Source: an uncultured Acidimicrobiaceae bacterium
GTDB taxonomy: Bacteria > Actinomycetota > Acidimicrobiia > Acidimicrobiales > RAAP-2
Direction: 5' to 3'
Assembly: GCA_963839925.1 (NCBI GenBank)
Contig: CAWIWV010000001.1
Location: 630,094 to 694,093 of the forward strand
DNA length: 64,000 bases
How positions within the stretch are numbered: position 1 is the stretch's first letter; the number at the start of each line of letters is the position of its first letter. The notes under the pieces are model-generated. The model ran no database searches. It saw nothing but the letters and a program-made list of their open reading frames with translations, and was not told the DNA's origin. Below, in pieces: positions 27,668 to 36,869 of this stretch. Both the position numbers and the translations under genes were made by a program.

Positions 27668-28306
27668 ATGACTCCCGGCGAGGCAACGACAGGAGGGGAT
27701 GGCGTGCAGGACCAGGCGGCAAGGGGACGCCGTCCGAGCACCACCCGGCGAGAGGTCGCCCGCGCCGCGCTCGAGCTGTTCGCCAGCCAGGGGTACGAAG
27801 AGACCAGCATCGACGAGATCGCCGCCGCGGTGGGCATCAGCCGTCGGACCTTCTTCCGGTACTACGAATCCAAGCGCGAAGTGGTCTGGGGCGAGTTCGA
27901 CGCCGAGCTGGTTCGGCTGCGCGACCGGCTCGATGCGTCCGGCGACGACGAACCGATGATGGAGGTGCTCCGCAGCGCAGTCATCGACATCAACCAATTC
28001 GGAGCCGGCGAGCTCGACGAACTACGCATCCGGATCGGTCTGACCAGCACGGTTCCCACGCTGATTGCCCACTCGGCAGTCAGGTATGCGGAGTGGTGCG
28101 AGGTGGTTGCGAGGTTCGCGGCGCGACGCCTCGGTACCTCGCCCGAGGATCTCGCGCCCCAAACCGTTGCGCGCGCCGCGCTCGGGGCGGCGATGTCTGC
28201 TTTCGTCTACTGGGCCAACCGTGGTGGTGACGATCTCGCGACAGAGGTGGACCGCGCGTTCAGGATGCTCGCCGCCGGATTCGACCCGAGTCGGATGCCC
28301 GGCTGA
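27668..28306 (+). CDS. mftR: TetR-family transcriptional regulator of the mycofactocin system
   Basis: ATG 27668. TetR HTH block REVARAALELFASQGYEETSIDEIAAAVGISRRTFFRYYESK. Divergent from mftA. Confidence 0.8.
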   Translation: MTPGEATTGGDGVQDQAARGRRPSTTRREVARAALELFASQGYEETSIDEIAAAVGISRRTFFRYYESKREVVWGEFDAELVRLRDRLDASGDDEPMMEVLRSAVIDINQFGAGELDELRIRIGLTSTVPTLIAHSAVRYAEWCEVVARFAARRLGTSPEDLAPQTVARAALGAAMSAFVYWANRGGDDLATEVDRAFRMLAAGFDPSRMPG

Positions 28307-28329
28307 CGCCGGAGCGGGGGGCATAGGGT

Positions 28330-28812
28330 GTGACCGTGCGCTTCGTCATCGGTTCCGACCACGCCGGCTTCACCCTGAAGGGCGCCTTCGGCTCCCACCT
28401 CGAAGGCGCGGGACATCAGGTCGAAGATGTCGGGACGACCTCCCTCGATCCGGTCGACTACCCGCCGATCTGCGCGCACGTGGCCCGGGTGGTCGTCCAG
28501 GGAGGTGCCGATCTCGGCATCGTCATCGGGGGCAGCGGACAAGGGGAGGCGATCGCCGCCAACAAGGTCCACGGTGCCAGGGCTGCGCTGTGCCACGACG
28601 AGTACACCGCTCGGCTCGCCCGACAGCACAACGATGCCAATGTCCTCTCGGTCGGAGCCAGGGTGGTTGCCACCGAGTTGGCCCTCGACATCCTCGACGT
28701 CTTCATCGCGACGCAGTTCGAGGGAGGACGGCATGTGCCCCGCATCGAGGAGATCGCCGCGATCGAATCGGAGGAGGCCGCCGGGTCCGGAGGCTCCTCA
28801 CCCGCTCGTTAG
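28330..28812 (+). CDS. rpiB: Ribose-5-phosphate isomerase B
   Basis: RFVIGSDHAGFTLK, GGSGQGEAIAANKV, NDANVLSVGARV blocks; 160 aa. Confidence 0.9.
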   Translation: MTVRFVIGSDHAGFTLKGAFGSHLEGAGHQVEDVGTTSLDPVDYPPICAHVARVVVQGGADLGIVIGGSGQGEAIAANKVHGARAALCHDEYTARLARQHNDANVLSVGARVVATELALDILDVFIATQFEGGRHVPRIEEIAAIESEEAAGSGGSSPAR

Positions 28813-29223
28813 TCGGGGGAGTACTCCCCCGACCCTGCTCACCCCTCGGTGTGTGACTTCGAGCGCGTCGAGGGCTCCCTGGTAGATTGTGACCATCAGG
28901 TCGGCCATCTCGTCGGGCTTGGCGTCGACCACCCAGGTCACATGGCTGGTGTCCCCGGTCGGCACCACGGTGATGACCGCTTCATGGCTCTCGACGGGAG
29001 CCCCGTCGGCGATCGAGTAGGTGAGGGCGCGAGCCGCATCGTCCTTCGACACCAGCCGCTCGGTGATGGTCATGCCCATCGTCTCGAGGATCCGGTTCTC
29101 ACCCTCGACCCGGCACGAATCGATCCCCGGCATCCACGATCCGATCCCCCCGAAGTCACCGATCACCGCCCACACCTGGTCGGCGGGCTTGGCGATGTCG
29201 ATCTCTGCCGTGGCGGTTCCCAT
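28798..29223 (-). CDS. SRPBCC (START/polyketide-cyclase-like) family protein
   Basis: 141 aa from ATG 29223 (MGTATAEIDIAKPADQVWAVIGDFGGIGSWMPGI...), a typical SRPBCC N-terminal pattern. The upstream part of the 286-aa track ORF is not protein-like. Confidence 0.75.
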   Translation of the reverse strand: MGTATAEIDIAKPADQVWAVIGDFGGIGSWMPGIDSCRVEGENRILETMGMTITERLVSKDDAARALTYSIADGAPVESHEAVITVVPTGDTSHVTWVVDAKPDEMADLMVTIYQGALDALEVTHRGVSRVGGVLPRLTSG

Positions 29224-29320
29224 GGGTCTCCCTACCTCTCTGTTCGTGCACTCGCTCGGTGCACGATGGTCGGTGTCGCCAGATGGTAGGCGAGAAGATG
29301 GACCAGTAGCGTCGCTCCGA

Positions 29321-31009
29321 GTGGTGACCTCCTCGCACGCTTCCGACCCGACCTCCACGGTGGCCGGGCTCCTCCTCGCCAGAGCCGACGACGACCGGCC
29401 TGGTCTGCGCTTCGACGACCGTGAGTGGAGCTGGCGCGAGGTCGTCTCGGCGAGTGCCGCACGGGCGTCGTGGATGAGCTCGGTGGCCGGTCCTCGCCCG
29501 ATCCACCTCGGAGTCCTCCTCGGCAACCTTCCCGAGTACCTCTTCTGGTTGGGGGCAGCCGCACTCCGCGGCGACGTGGTGGTCGGGATCAACCCGACCC
29601 GGCGAGGTGGCGCGCTCGCCGGCGACATCATCCGCACCGACTGCTCGGTGCTGATCACCGACGAGGAAGGCGCGGCGCTTCTCGAGGGGCTCGAGTTCGG
29701 CGTACCGGCCGAGCGGGTGATCCGGATCGACGACGTGGGCTACCAGGCAACGCTGCAACCTCATGAACCGGCGGGAGGCGGGCTCCCCACGTTCGGGGAA
29801 CCGCCCGCTCCAGAGGATCTCTACCTCCTGCTGTTCACCTCGGGAACGACGGGCGACCCCAAGGCGGTGCGCTGCACCCAGGGACGGCTCGCTTCCATCG
29901 CCAAGCGTGCGGCCGAGGCCTACGGGTTCAACAAGGACGACGTCGCCTACTGCACCATGCCGCTCTTCCACGGCAATGCGCTGATGGCTCTGTGGGGCCC
30001 GGCGCTCGTGGTGGGGGCGACCGTCGCCCTCGCCCGCCGGTTCAGCACGTCGGGATTCGTGGGTGACGTCCGCAGGTACCGAGCAACCACCTTCACCTAC
30101 GTGGGGAAGGCCCTCGCCTACGTCCTCGCCACACCGCCTTCGCCGGACGACGCCTCCATCACCCTGCGGCGCGGCTTCGGCACCGAGGCGTCGGTCGTCG
30201 ACCATCTGGCCTTCGAGCGTCGGTTCGGTTGCCAGCTGACCGAGGGGTACGGGTCGAGCGAGGGAGGGGCGACCATCATGCGGACCCCGGACACCCCGAT
30301 CGGCGCACTGGGGCGGGCGACCAGTGATGTCGCAGTCGTCGATCCCGAGACCCGCGCCGAGTGCCCGCCCGCCAGGTTCGACGCGGAGGGTCGCATGTGC
30401 AACGGCTCCGAGTGCATCGGAGAGATCGTCAATCGATCCGGAGTCGGCGGCTTCGAGGGGTACTACGCCGACGAGGAGGCCTCCGCATCGCGGACCAGGG
30501 ACGGGTGGTACTGGACAGGTGACCTCGCCTACCGCGACGAGGAGGGGTTCTTCTACTTCGCAGGTCGGGGTGGCGACTGGATGCGGGTCGATTCGGAGAA
30601 CCTGACCGCCGGACCCGTCGAACGACTCTTGCTCCGTTACGACGGAGCCGCGGCTGTGGCGGTCTACGCGGTACCCGACCCGCGCTCGGGCGATCAGGTG
30701 ATGGCCGCGTTCGAGATGCTGCCCGATCGCTCGCTCGATCCCGAAGCATTCGCCGGCTTCTTGGCGTCGCAACCGGACCTCGGCACCAAATGGAGTCCGT
30801 CGTTCGTCAGGGTGACGAACGGGTTGCCGCAGACGGCCAGCGGCAAGGTGACCAAGGGCCCACTCCGGGCGGAGGGTTGGTGGGCCGGTGCGGATCCGGT
30901 GTACCGACGGACCATCGACGGCGCGTACCTGCCGATGGACGAGGAGGACCGTCGCGCGCTGCGAGACGAACACCGTCGCCACGGTCGAGAAGGTCTCGTC
31001 GGTGGGTGA
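29321..31009 (+). CDS. AMP-dependent acyl-CoA synthetase/ligase (FadD-like)
   Basis: LLFTSGTTGDPK AMP-binding motif, YWTGDLAYRDEEGFFYFAGRGGDWMRVDSENL, and a C-terminal GKVTKGPLR. The start is uncertain (GTG 29321, 29324 or 29357). Confidence 0.8.
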   Translation: MVTSSHASDPTSTVAGLLLARADDDRPGLRFDDREWSWREVVSASAARASWMSSVAGPRPIHLGVLLGNLPEYLFWLGAAALRGDVVVGINPTRRGGALAGDIIRTDCSVLITDEEGAALLEGLEFGVPAERVIRIDDVGYQATLQPHEPAGGGLPTFGEPPAPEDLYLLLFTSGTTGDPKAVRCTQGRLASIAKRAAEAYGFNKDDVAYCTMPLFHGNALMALWGPALVVGATVALARRFSTSGFVGDVRRYRATTFTYVGKALAYVLATPPSPDDASITLRRGFGTEASVVDHLAFERRFGCQLTEGYGSSEGGATIMRTPDTPIGALGRATSDVAVVDPETRAECPPARFDAEGRMCNGSECIGEIVNRSGVGGFEGYYADEEASASRTRDGWYWTGDLAYRDEEGFFYFAGRGGDWMRVDSENLTAGPVERLLLRYDGAAAVAVYAVPDPRSGDQVMAAFEMLPDRSLDPEAFAGFLASQPDLGTKWSPSFVRVTNGLPQTASGKVTKGPLRAEGWWAGADPVYRRTIDGAYLPMDEEDRRALRDEHRRHGREGLVGG

Positions 31010-31036
31010 CCGGAGAGGGCGTCTGGAGCCCGCGAC

Positions 31037-32182
31037 GTGAAGATCCTGCTCATTCCGCATCTCCCGTCAGAGCAGACACGTGGGAACTCTCTGGCGAACG
31101 CGCTCGCCGACCAGGGGCACGAGGTGCACATGATCACCTGGAGCATGCCGTACCCCCTTGTGGCGAAGAACATCGTCGACAACGTCATGCACTCGTGGAA
31201 GAAGCGAGAGTACAGGGCCGGCTCCGTGGTCATGCACAAGGTGCGCCGCCTGCCGCTGTTCGTTCCGCCGGTGAACAGACGATGGTTCAAGAAGCAGGTG
31301 CGGTCGGTCTTCGAGCGGTACTCCATCGACTTCGTCTGGTCCGCGTCCTACTTCAACGAGACCGAACCGCCCCTCGATCTGCCGCTCTTCTACGACATGA
31401 CTGACGATCACGAAGCGTTCGCCGAGATCTACGGTTCGCCGCTCTACAAGCTCACCTTCAAACTGCTTGCCGTGCGTAGGACGATCGTCGACCAGATCAA
31501 GGCGAGCCGAGCGGTCTTCTGCGTCTCCCATGCGTTGGCCGCCTATGCCAAGAGCTACCGCGACAACAAGGTCTTCCTGTTTCCGAACGGCGTCGAGGAG
31601 TGGGCTCTCGACATTCCCTACTCCGCGGGGAAGCGCCATTCGCTCGTCTACGTCACCAACTTCGGTCGGTGGTCGATGTTGATCCCGCTGATTCAGCTCG
31701 TGCAAGAGTTGCGCGCGACCATCGAGGACATCTCGTTGACGCTGGTGGGGGACGGGCCGGTGCTCGCCGAGGCGAAGCAGTACGTCAAGGACCATCGATT
31801 GGACCGGTGGGTGCACTTCCGCGGCGTGATCACCGACCGCAGGGAACTGTTCGAAGAGATCAACGCGCACGAAGTGTGCCTCAACATCTCGGAGAAGAAC
31901 CGATTCCGCGACGCGGCGAGCCCGATGAAGGTGTTCGAATACTCGTCATTGGGGAAGAAGGTGGTGTCGAGCGAGCTCGACGAGGTCAAACGACTTCCCT
32001 TCGGGAACCTGTTCTTCTTCGACAACGATTCGTTCGCGGGCAGCGCGAAGGCGGCTGTCGAAGCGGCATTCGATGCGACGGTGGATCCGGAGGCGATTCG
32101 CGCTCAGGTTGCGCAGTACTCGTGGCCGGTGTTGGTGGGGCGAACGGAGCGGATCGTCGAATCGGAGCTGTCGGGAGCCTGA
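31037..32182 (+). CDS. GT-B fold glycosyltransferase (family 4-like)
   Basis: 381 aa. The N-terminus MKILLIPHLPSEQTRGNSLANALADQGHEV and the C-terminal EX7E-like region PMKVFEYSSLGKKVVSSEL. Confidence 0.8.
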   Translation: MKILLIPHLPSEQTRGNSLANALADQGHEVHMITWSMPYPLVAKNIVDNVMHSWKKREYRAGSVVMHKVRRLPLFVPPVNRRWFKKQVRSVFERYSIDFVWSASYFNETEPPLDLPLFYDMTDDHEAFAEIYGSPLYKLTFKLLAVRRTIVDQIKASRAVFCVSHALAAYAKSYRDNKVFLFPNGVEEWALDIPYSAGKRHSLVYVTNFGRWSMLIPLIQLVQELRATIEDISLTLVGDGPVLAEAKQYVKDHRLDRWVHFRGVITDRRELFEEINAHEVCLNISEKNRFRDAASPMKVFEYSSLGKKVVSSELDEVKRLPFGNLFFFDNDSFAGSAKAAVEAAFDATVDPEAIRAQVAQYSWPVLVGRTERIVESELSGA

Positions 32183-32224
32183 GAGCCCGAGGTCAGGAGT
32201 CTGACCGTCCGTCTCAGTGCACGC

Positions 32225-32680
32225 TCAGTGAGGCGTCCATGCGTCCGGATTGGACGTCAGTTCGACGACCGACTTGGGAAGCTTGCCGCCGGCGATGTCG
32301 GCGATGGTGACGTTCTCGAGCACCGATCGGAGGCTGGCCCGCACCGCCACCCACACCGATTGGAGCTGCTCGGCCGGTCCTTCGTAGCTGGTCGCCTCGG
32401 GTCGAAGACCACGCACCTCGGCGAGCGGACCGTCGAGCGGTCGGATCACGTCGGCCACGGTGATCTCCGACGCCGGCCTCGAGAGACGGTAGCCACCGTC
32501 AGCGCCCCGTTGGCTGTGGAGGATCCCTGCTCGACGCATGTCGTTCAGGATGCTCTCGAGGAATTTGGCGGGAAGATGCTGAGAGCGAGCCAGCGACTCT
32601 GCGGTGATCGGACGTTGACCGCCGTCTGCCAGGGTGCAGAGCGCACGCACCGCGTAGTCGACCTTTGCCGAGATGTACAC
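32225..32680 (-). CDS. Rrf2 family transcriptional regulator
   Basis: YISAKVDYAVRALCTLA...ITAESLARSQHLPAKFLESILNDMRRAGILHSQRGADGGYRL; GTG start at 32680. Confidence 0.85.
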   Translation of the reverse strand: MYISAKVDYAVRALCTLADGGQRPITAESLARSQHLPAKFLESILNDMRRAGILHSQRGADGGYRLSRPASEITVADVIRPLDGPLAEVRGLRPEATSYEGPAEQLQSVWVAVRASLRSVLENVTIADIAGGKLPKSVVELTSNPDAWTPH

Positions 32681-32733
32681 GTATGGATTCTGTCAGAGGA
32701 TTCCCAGGCAGGGGGACCAGAAGGGAAACCGGC

Positions 32734-33594
32734 TCACTTGAGGAGGCGGGACAGCCTGCGATCCGCCAGCGGCTTCCCGCCGGTCTGACAGGTCGGGCAG
32801 TACTGGAGTGACTTGGTGGCGAAGGACACCTGCCGGATGGTGTCACCACACACCGGGCAGGCCTCACCTGTCCGTCCGTGCACCTGCATCGCTCGTTTCT
32901 TGTCCCCCTTGAGCTCGTCGGGATCGAGAGAGGAGGCGCGTTCGAGCGCCTCGGTGAGCACGCCCACCAACGCGTCGTGCAACCGAGCCACCTCGGCGGC
33001 GTCCAGAGAGGTCGTCTTCTTGTACGGCGACAGGCCGGCGCGGTGGAGGGCTTCGTCCGAATAGGCGTTGCCGACCCCCGCGATCAGCGATTGGGTGGTG
33101 AGAGCGGTCTTGAGGGTCGACGGGGCGCTCGCCAACAGCTGCTCGAAGCGCTCCACCGTGAGCTCGGGGCTCAAGGGGTCGCAACCCAGCGTTGCCACCG
33201 GTTCGATCTCGTCGGGTGATCGGGTCACCCAGATGGCGACCCGCTTCTCGGTGCCCATCTCGGTGACGTCGAACCCCTGCCCACCCTCGAGCCTGAGCCG
33301 CAGTGCGATCGGGCTTCTGCCCGGACGGAGCGCAGTCTTCGGGAGGGAGTCGTACCACCTGACCCATCCACCTCGGGCCAAGTGGAAGACCAACCACAGC
33401 CCGTCGGCGTCGATGCAGACGAACTTGCCCTTGCGCCGCACCCCGGTGATCGTGCGCCCGACCAGCTCGTCCAGTGCCGGATCGACCGTCTTCAGCGCCG
33501 AGAACGAGAGCAGGCGGCAGTTCTCGACGACCTGGCCGACCATGCGGGCGTCCAGCCCGGCGACCAGCGCTTGGACCTCGGGAAGCTCGGGCAC
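32734..33594 (-). CDS. Fpg/Nei family DNA glycosylase / AP lyase
   Basis: The start is placed at GTG 33594 so that the mature N-terminus is PELPEV (catalytic Pro2). C-terminal zinc finger CPVCGDTIRQVSFATKSLQYCPTCQ. Confidence 0.85.
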   Translation of the reverse strand: MPELPEVQALVAGLDARMVGQVVENCRLLSFSALKTVDPALDELVGRTITGVRRKGKFVCIDADGLWLVFHLARGGWVRWYDSLPKTALRPGRSPIALRLRLEGGQGFDVTEMGTEKRVAIWVTRSPDEIEPVATLGCDPLSPELTVERFEQLLASAPSTLKTALTTQSLIAGVGNAYSDEALHRAGLSPYKKTTSLDAAEVARLHDALVGVLTEALERASSLDPDELKGDKKRAMQVHGRTGEACPVCGDTIRQVSFATKSLQYCPTCQTGGKPLADRRLSRLLK

Positions 33595-33668
33595 GGGCCA
33601 ATTGTGGACCACGCGCTCGATCCGCGTTGGCGCCCGTAGTATCTGCTCGACCCGAAAGGACCTGACCG

Positions 33669-36600
33669 TTGTTCCGCCCCGTCCCTGCCGATGCCGATTT
33701 CAGCGCCGTTGAAGGGGACGAGCTCGCCCGTTGGCGTAAGCACCGTGTGTTCGAACGATCGGTCGAGCTCCGATCGGGGGCCGAACCGTGGGTCTTTTAC
33801 GAGGGACCCCCGACGGCCAACGGCCGCCCCGGTCTCCACCACGTGTGGGCTCGGGTCTACAAGGATCTGTTCTGCCGCTTTCGCACCATGCGCGGCTTTT
33901 CGGTGGCCCGGAAAGCCGGGTGGGACACGCACGGCCTTCCGGTGGAGGTCGAGGTGGAAAAGCAGCTGGGGATCACCGCCAAGAACCAGATCGAGGACGG
34001 GGTCGGGATCGCCGAGTTCACCCGGCTCTGTCGCGAGTCCGTGCGCAACTATGTCGACGACTGGAAGAGTCTCACCGAGCGGATCGGCTACTGGATCGAC
34101 AGCGAGAGCGCCTATTGGACGTTCGCCCCCGAGTACGTCGAGTCGGTCTGGTGGAATCTGAAGAGCCTGTGGGACGGGGGCCTCCTCTACGAGGACATCA
34201 AGGTGGTTCCCTACTGCCCTCGCTGTGGGACGGCGTTGAGCAGTCACGAGCTCGCCCAGCCCGATGTCTACCGCGAGGTGGTGGACGAATCCGCCTACGT
34301 GATGCTCCCGCTCACCGACGAAGGAGACGCGGCCCAGGCGTTGCGCACCACGCTCGGGGTCGACACACTGACCGGTCTGTCGCTGGTCGCCTGGACGACC
34401 ACGCCTTGGACGCTGCTGTCCAACACCGGCGCCGCGGTCGGACCTGACCTCGAGTATGCGCTGGTCGACGGAAAGATCGTTGCCTCCAGCCTGGTCGAGC
34501 AGATCTTCGGCGAAGGAGCGGTGGTGCAGCACCGCCTGCCGGGGAGCGCACTGGTCGGTCTGCACTACGAGCGTCCCTTCGACGACGTGTCGCCTCCCGC
34601 CGGATCGCCGGCAGGCGGAGAAGGCGGTTGGCGAGTGGTCCCCGGTCCTTTCGTCGAGGCGGACGAGGGAACCGGCATCGTGCATCTGGCCCCGGCGTTC
34701 GGCGAGGTCGACCGCCAGGCCGGCCGGGACAACGGGCTGCCCACCCTCAACCCGGTGGGGGCCGATGGACGGTTCGATGCCGAGGTCACGTGGCTCCAGG
34801 GCCAGAGTGTGCGCGATACCAACGGAGCGGTCAACGACCGCCTCGAAGCGGCAGGCCGGCTCGTTCGCCGCCAGCCCTACGCCCATGCCTACCCTCACTG
34901 TTGGAGGTGTGACACCCCACTCATCTATTGGGGCAAGCCGAGCTGGTACGTGAGGACGTCCGAGCGAAAGAACGACCTCGTTGCGCAGAACCAGACCATC
35001 GGATGGCACCCCGAGCACATCCGGGACGGCCGGATGGGGGAGTGGCTGGCCAACAATGTTGACTGGGCTCTCTCCCGTGACCGGTTCTGGGGGACGCCGC
35101 TTCCGATCTGGCGGTGCGACGCAGGCCACACCCTCTGCGTCGGGTCGCTGGCCGAGCTGTCGGAGTTGGCCGGTCGCGACGTGACCGCCGTCGATCCCCA
35201 CCGGCCCGCCATCGACGAGATCACCTTCCCCTGCCCGCAGTGCGCGGACGCTGGAGACCAAGAGATGCGTCGAGTCGAGCCGGTGATCGACGCCTGGTTC
35301 GATTCGGGCTCGATGCCCACCGCACAGTGGGGCTACCCGCTCGCCGAGGGGTCGGCCGACAACTTCGTCTATCCGGCTGACTTCATCTGCGAGGCGATCG
35401 ACCAGACCCGCGGGTGGTTCTACTCGCTGCTGGCGGTGAACACCCTGGTGCGGGGCGCCACGCCGTACCGCAACGTCCTCTGCCTGGGTCATCTGGTCGA
35501 TGCTGACGGTCGCAAGATGTCCAAAAGCGTGGGCAACGTCATCGACCCTTGGGAGATCCTCGACACCCGGGGCGCCGACCCGCTCCGCTGGTGGATGTTC
35601 TCCCAGGGCTCGCCCTGGACTCCCACCAGGGTCAGCTTCGACGCCATCGACGCGGCGATGCGGGACACCTTGCTCACCTTGTGGAACACGTGGTCCTTCT
35701 TCACCACCTACGCGTCGCTCAACCAGTTCGATCCGAACGACCCGGCCATCCCCGAACCGGGGGACCGGTCGGTCCTCGACCGGTGGATGCTCTCCCGCCT
35801 GGCCGCGACGGTCGGGGCGGTCACCGAAGCCCTCGACGGGTACGAGCCCTTTCCCGCTGCGACCGCCATCGCCGAGCTCATCGACGACGCCTCCAACTGG
35901 TACGTGCGCCGGAGCCGACGTCGGTTCTGGCGGACCGATCCGGACGTCGACCCGGGCGACGCGCTCGGCGCCCAGGCGACGCTCTACGACGTGCTGACGA
36001 CCACGGCGCAGCTCCTTGCACCCCTGTGCCCGTTCGTCGCCGACCGGATCTGGCGCGATCTCACCGATGCGGCCGAGGACGATTCGGTGCACCTCTCCGA
36101 CTGGCCGGCGCCCCGACCGGCGTCACGCGATCCGCGTCTCGAAGAGGAGATGGGTCTCGCGAGACGACTCTCGTCCCTCGGTCGGGCGGCGCGGGCCGAA
36201 GCGGGGGTGAAGGTCCGCCAACCGCTCGGGCGGGCACTCGTCTTCCTTCCACCGGGCAGCCCGGTGCCACCTGCGGGGGTGGTCGAGGACGAGCTCAACG
36301 TGGACCGGGTCGAGGCGATCGGAGAGCTGAGCGACATCCTCACCTATGAGCTGGTCCCCAACTTCAAGCTGCTCGGGCCCCGGCTGGGATCCCGGGTGCA
36401 GCAGCTCCGAGCGGCGATGGGCTCGGTGGACGGAGCTGCCGCAGCAGCCGGTCTGGCCGAAGGGCGGCCCGTCGTGGTCGACCTCGCGGACGGACCGGTG
36501 GAGTTGAGCGGTGACGAGGTAGAGCTCCGGGTGCGGGCCCAGCCGGGTTTCGCCGTCTCACGTGACGGAGCTGAAGTGGTCGCCCTCGACCTCACCCTCG

Positions 36601-36869
36601 ACGACGACCTCTTGCGACGGGGTCTCGTGCGAGAGGTGATCAGGCACGTGCAAGAGCTGCGCAAGACGGTCGGGTTGGAGGTCTCCGACTGGATCCATCT
36701 CCACCTGGTCGGTGTCGACGACCTCGGGCCCTTCTTCGACCTGATCGCCCGTGAGGTGCTGGCTCGGACGGTCCAGCCGACCCCACTCGTTGGAGCCGGC
36801 CCGGGGACGGTGCTCGAACTCGACGACGATCCACCTCGTCGAGCAGAGGCCTGGGTCGTCAAGGCGTGA
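33669..36869 (+). CDS. ileS: Isoleucine--tRNA ligase
   Basis: 1066 aa. HIGH-type PGLHHVWARV, KMSKS (RKMSKSVGN), and a zinc-binding CPRCGT. TTG start, with an in-frame stop 2 codons upstream. Confidence 0.95.
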   Translation: MFRPVPADADFSAVEGDELARWRKHRVFERSVELRSGAEPWVFYEGPPTANGRPGLHHVWARVYKDLFCRFRTMRGFSVARKAGWDTHGLPVEVEVEKQLGITAKNQIEDGVGIAEFTRLCRESVRNYVDDWKSLTERIGYWIDSESAYWTFAPEYVESVWWNLKSLWDGGLLYEDIKVVPYCPRCGTALSSHELAQPDVYREVVDESAYVMLPLTDEGDAAQALRTTLGVDTLTGLSLVAWTTTPWTLLSNTGAAVGPDLEYALVDGKIVASSLVEQIFGEGAVVQHRLPGSALVGLHYERPFDDVSPPAGSPAGGEGGWRVVPGPFVEADEGTGIVHLAPAFGEVDRQAGRDNGLPTLNPVGADGRFDAEVTWLQGQSVRDTNGAVNDRLEAAGRLVRRQPYAHAYPHCWRCDTPLIYWGKPSWYVRTSERKNDLVAQNQTIGWHPEHIRDGRMGEWLANNVDWALSRDRFWGTPLPIWRCDAGHTLCVGSLAELSELAGRDVTAVDPHRPAIDEITFPCPQCADAGDQEMRRVEPVIDAWFDSGSMPTAQWGYPLAEGSADNFVYPADFICEAIDQTRGWFYSLLAVNTLVRGATPYRNVLCLGHLVDADGRKMSKSVGNVIDPWEILDTRGADPLRWWMFSQGSPWTPTRVSFDAIDAAMRDTLLTLWNTWSFFTTYASLNQFDPNDPAIPEPGDRSVLDRWMLSRLAATVGAVTEALDGYEPFPAATAIAELIDDASNWYVRRSRRRFWRTDPDVDPGDALGAQATLYDVLTTTAQLLAPLCPFVADRIWRDLTDAAEDDSVHLSDWPAPRPASRDPRLEEEMGLARRLSSLGRAARAEAGVKVRQPLGRALVFLPPGSPVPPAGVVEDELNVDRVEAIGELSDILTYELVPNFKLLGPRLGSRVQQLRAAMGSVDGAAAAAGLAEGRPVVVDLADGPVELSGDEVELRVRAQPGFAVSRDGAEVVALDLTLDDDLLRRGLVREVIRHVQELRKTVGLEVSDWIHLHLVGVDDLGPFFDLIAREVLARTVQPTPLVGAGPGTVLELDDDPPRRAEAWVVKA

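Noticed and set aside
31037-32182. The GT4 glycosyltransferase looks less GC-rich than its neighbours, which could indicate a horizontally acquired islet.
   Set aside because: Third codon positions remain G/C-rich by eye, and the lower GC comes from K/N/F/Y-rich amino acid composition. There are no flanking repeats, integrase or tRNA. This would need a computed GC3 and codon-usage comparison to revisit.
33492-36092. 866-aa ORF antisense to ileS, and similar long antisense or shadow ORFs (1356-2747, 18193-20088, 20454-24698, 24401-25999, 38527-40452, 49315-51417, 52331-54028, 59193-60668, 60436-62370, 10611-11471).
   Set aside because: Their translations are Arg/Gly/Pro/His-rich low-complexity strings with no family motifs. 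Each lies opposite a gene with unambiguous motifs. Stop-poor antisense frames are expected in DNA this GC-rich.
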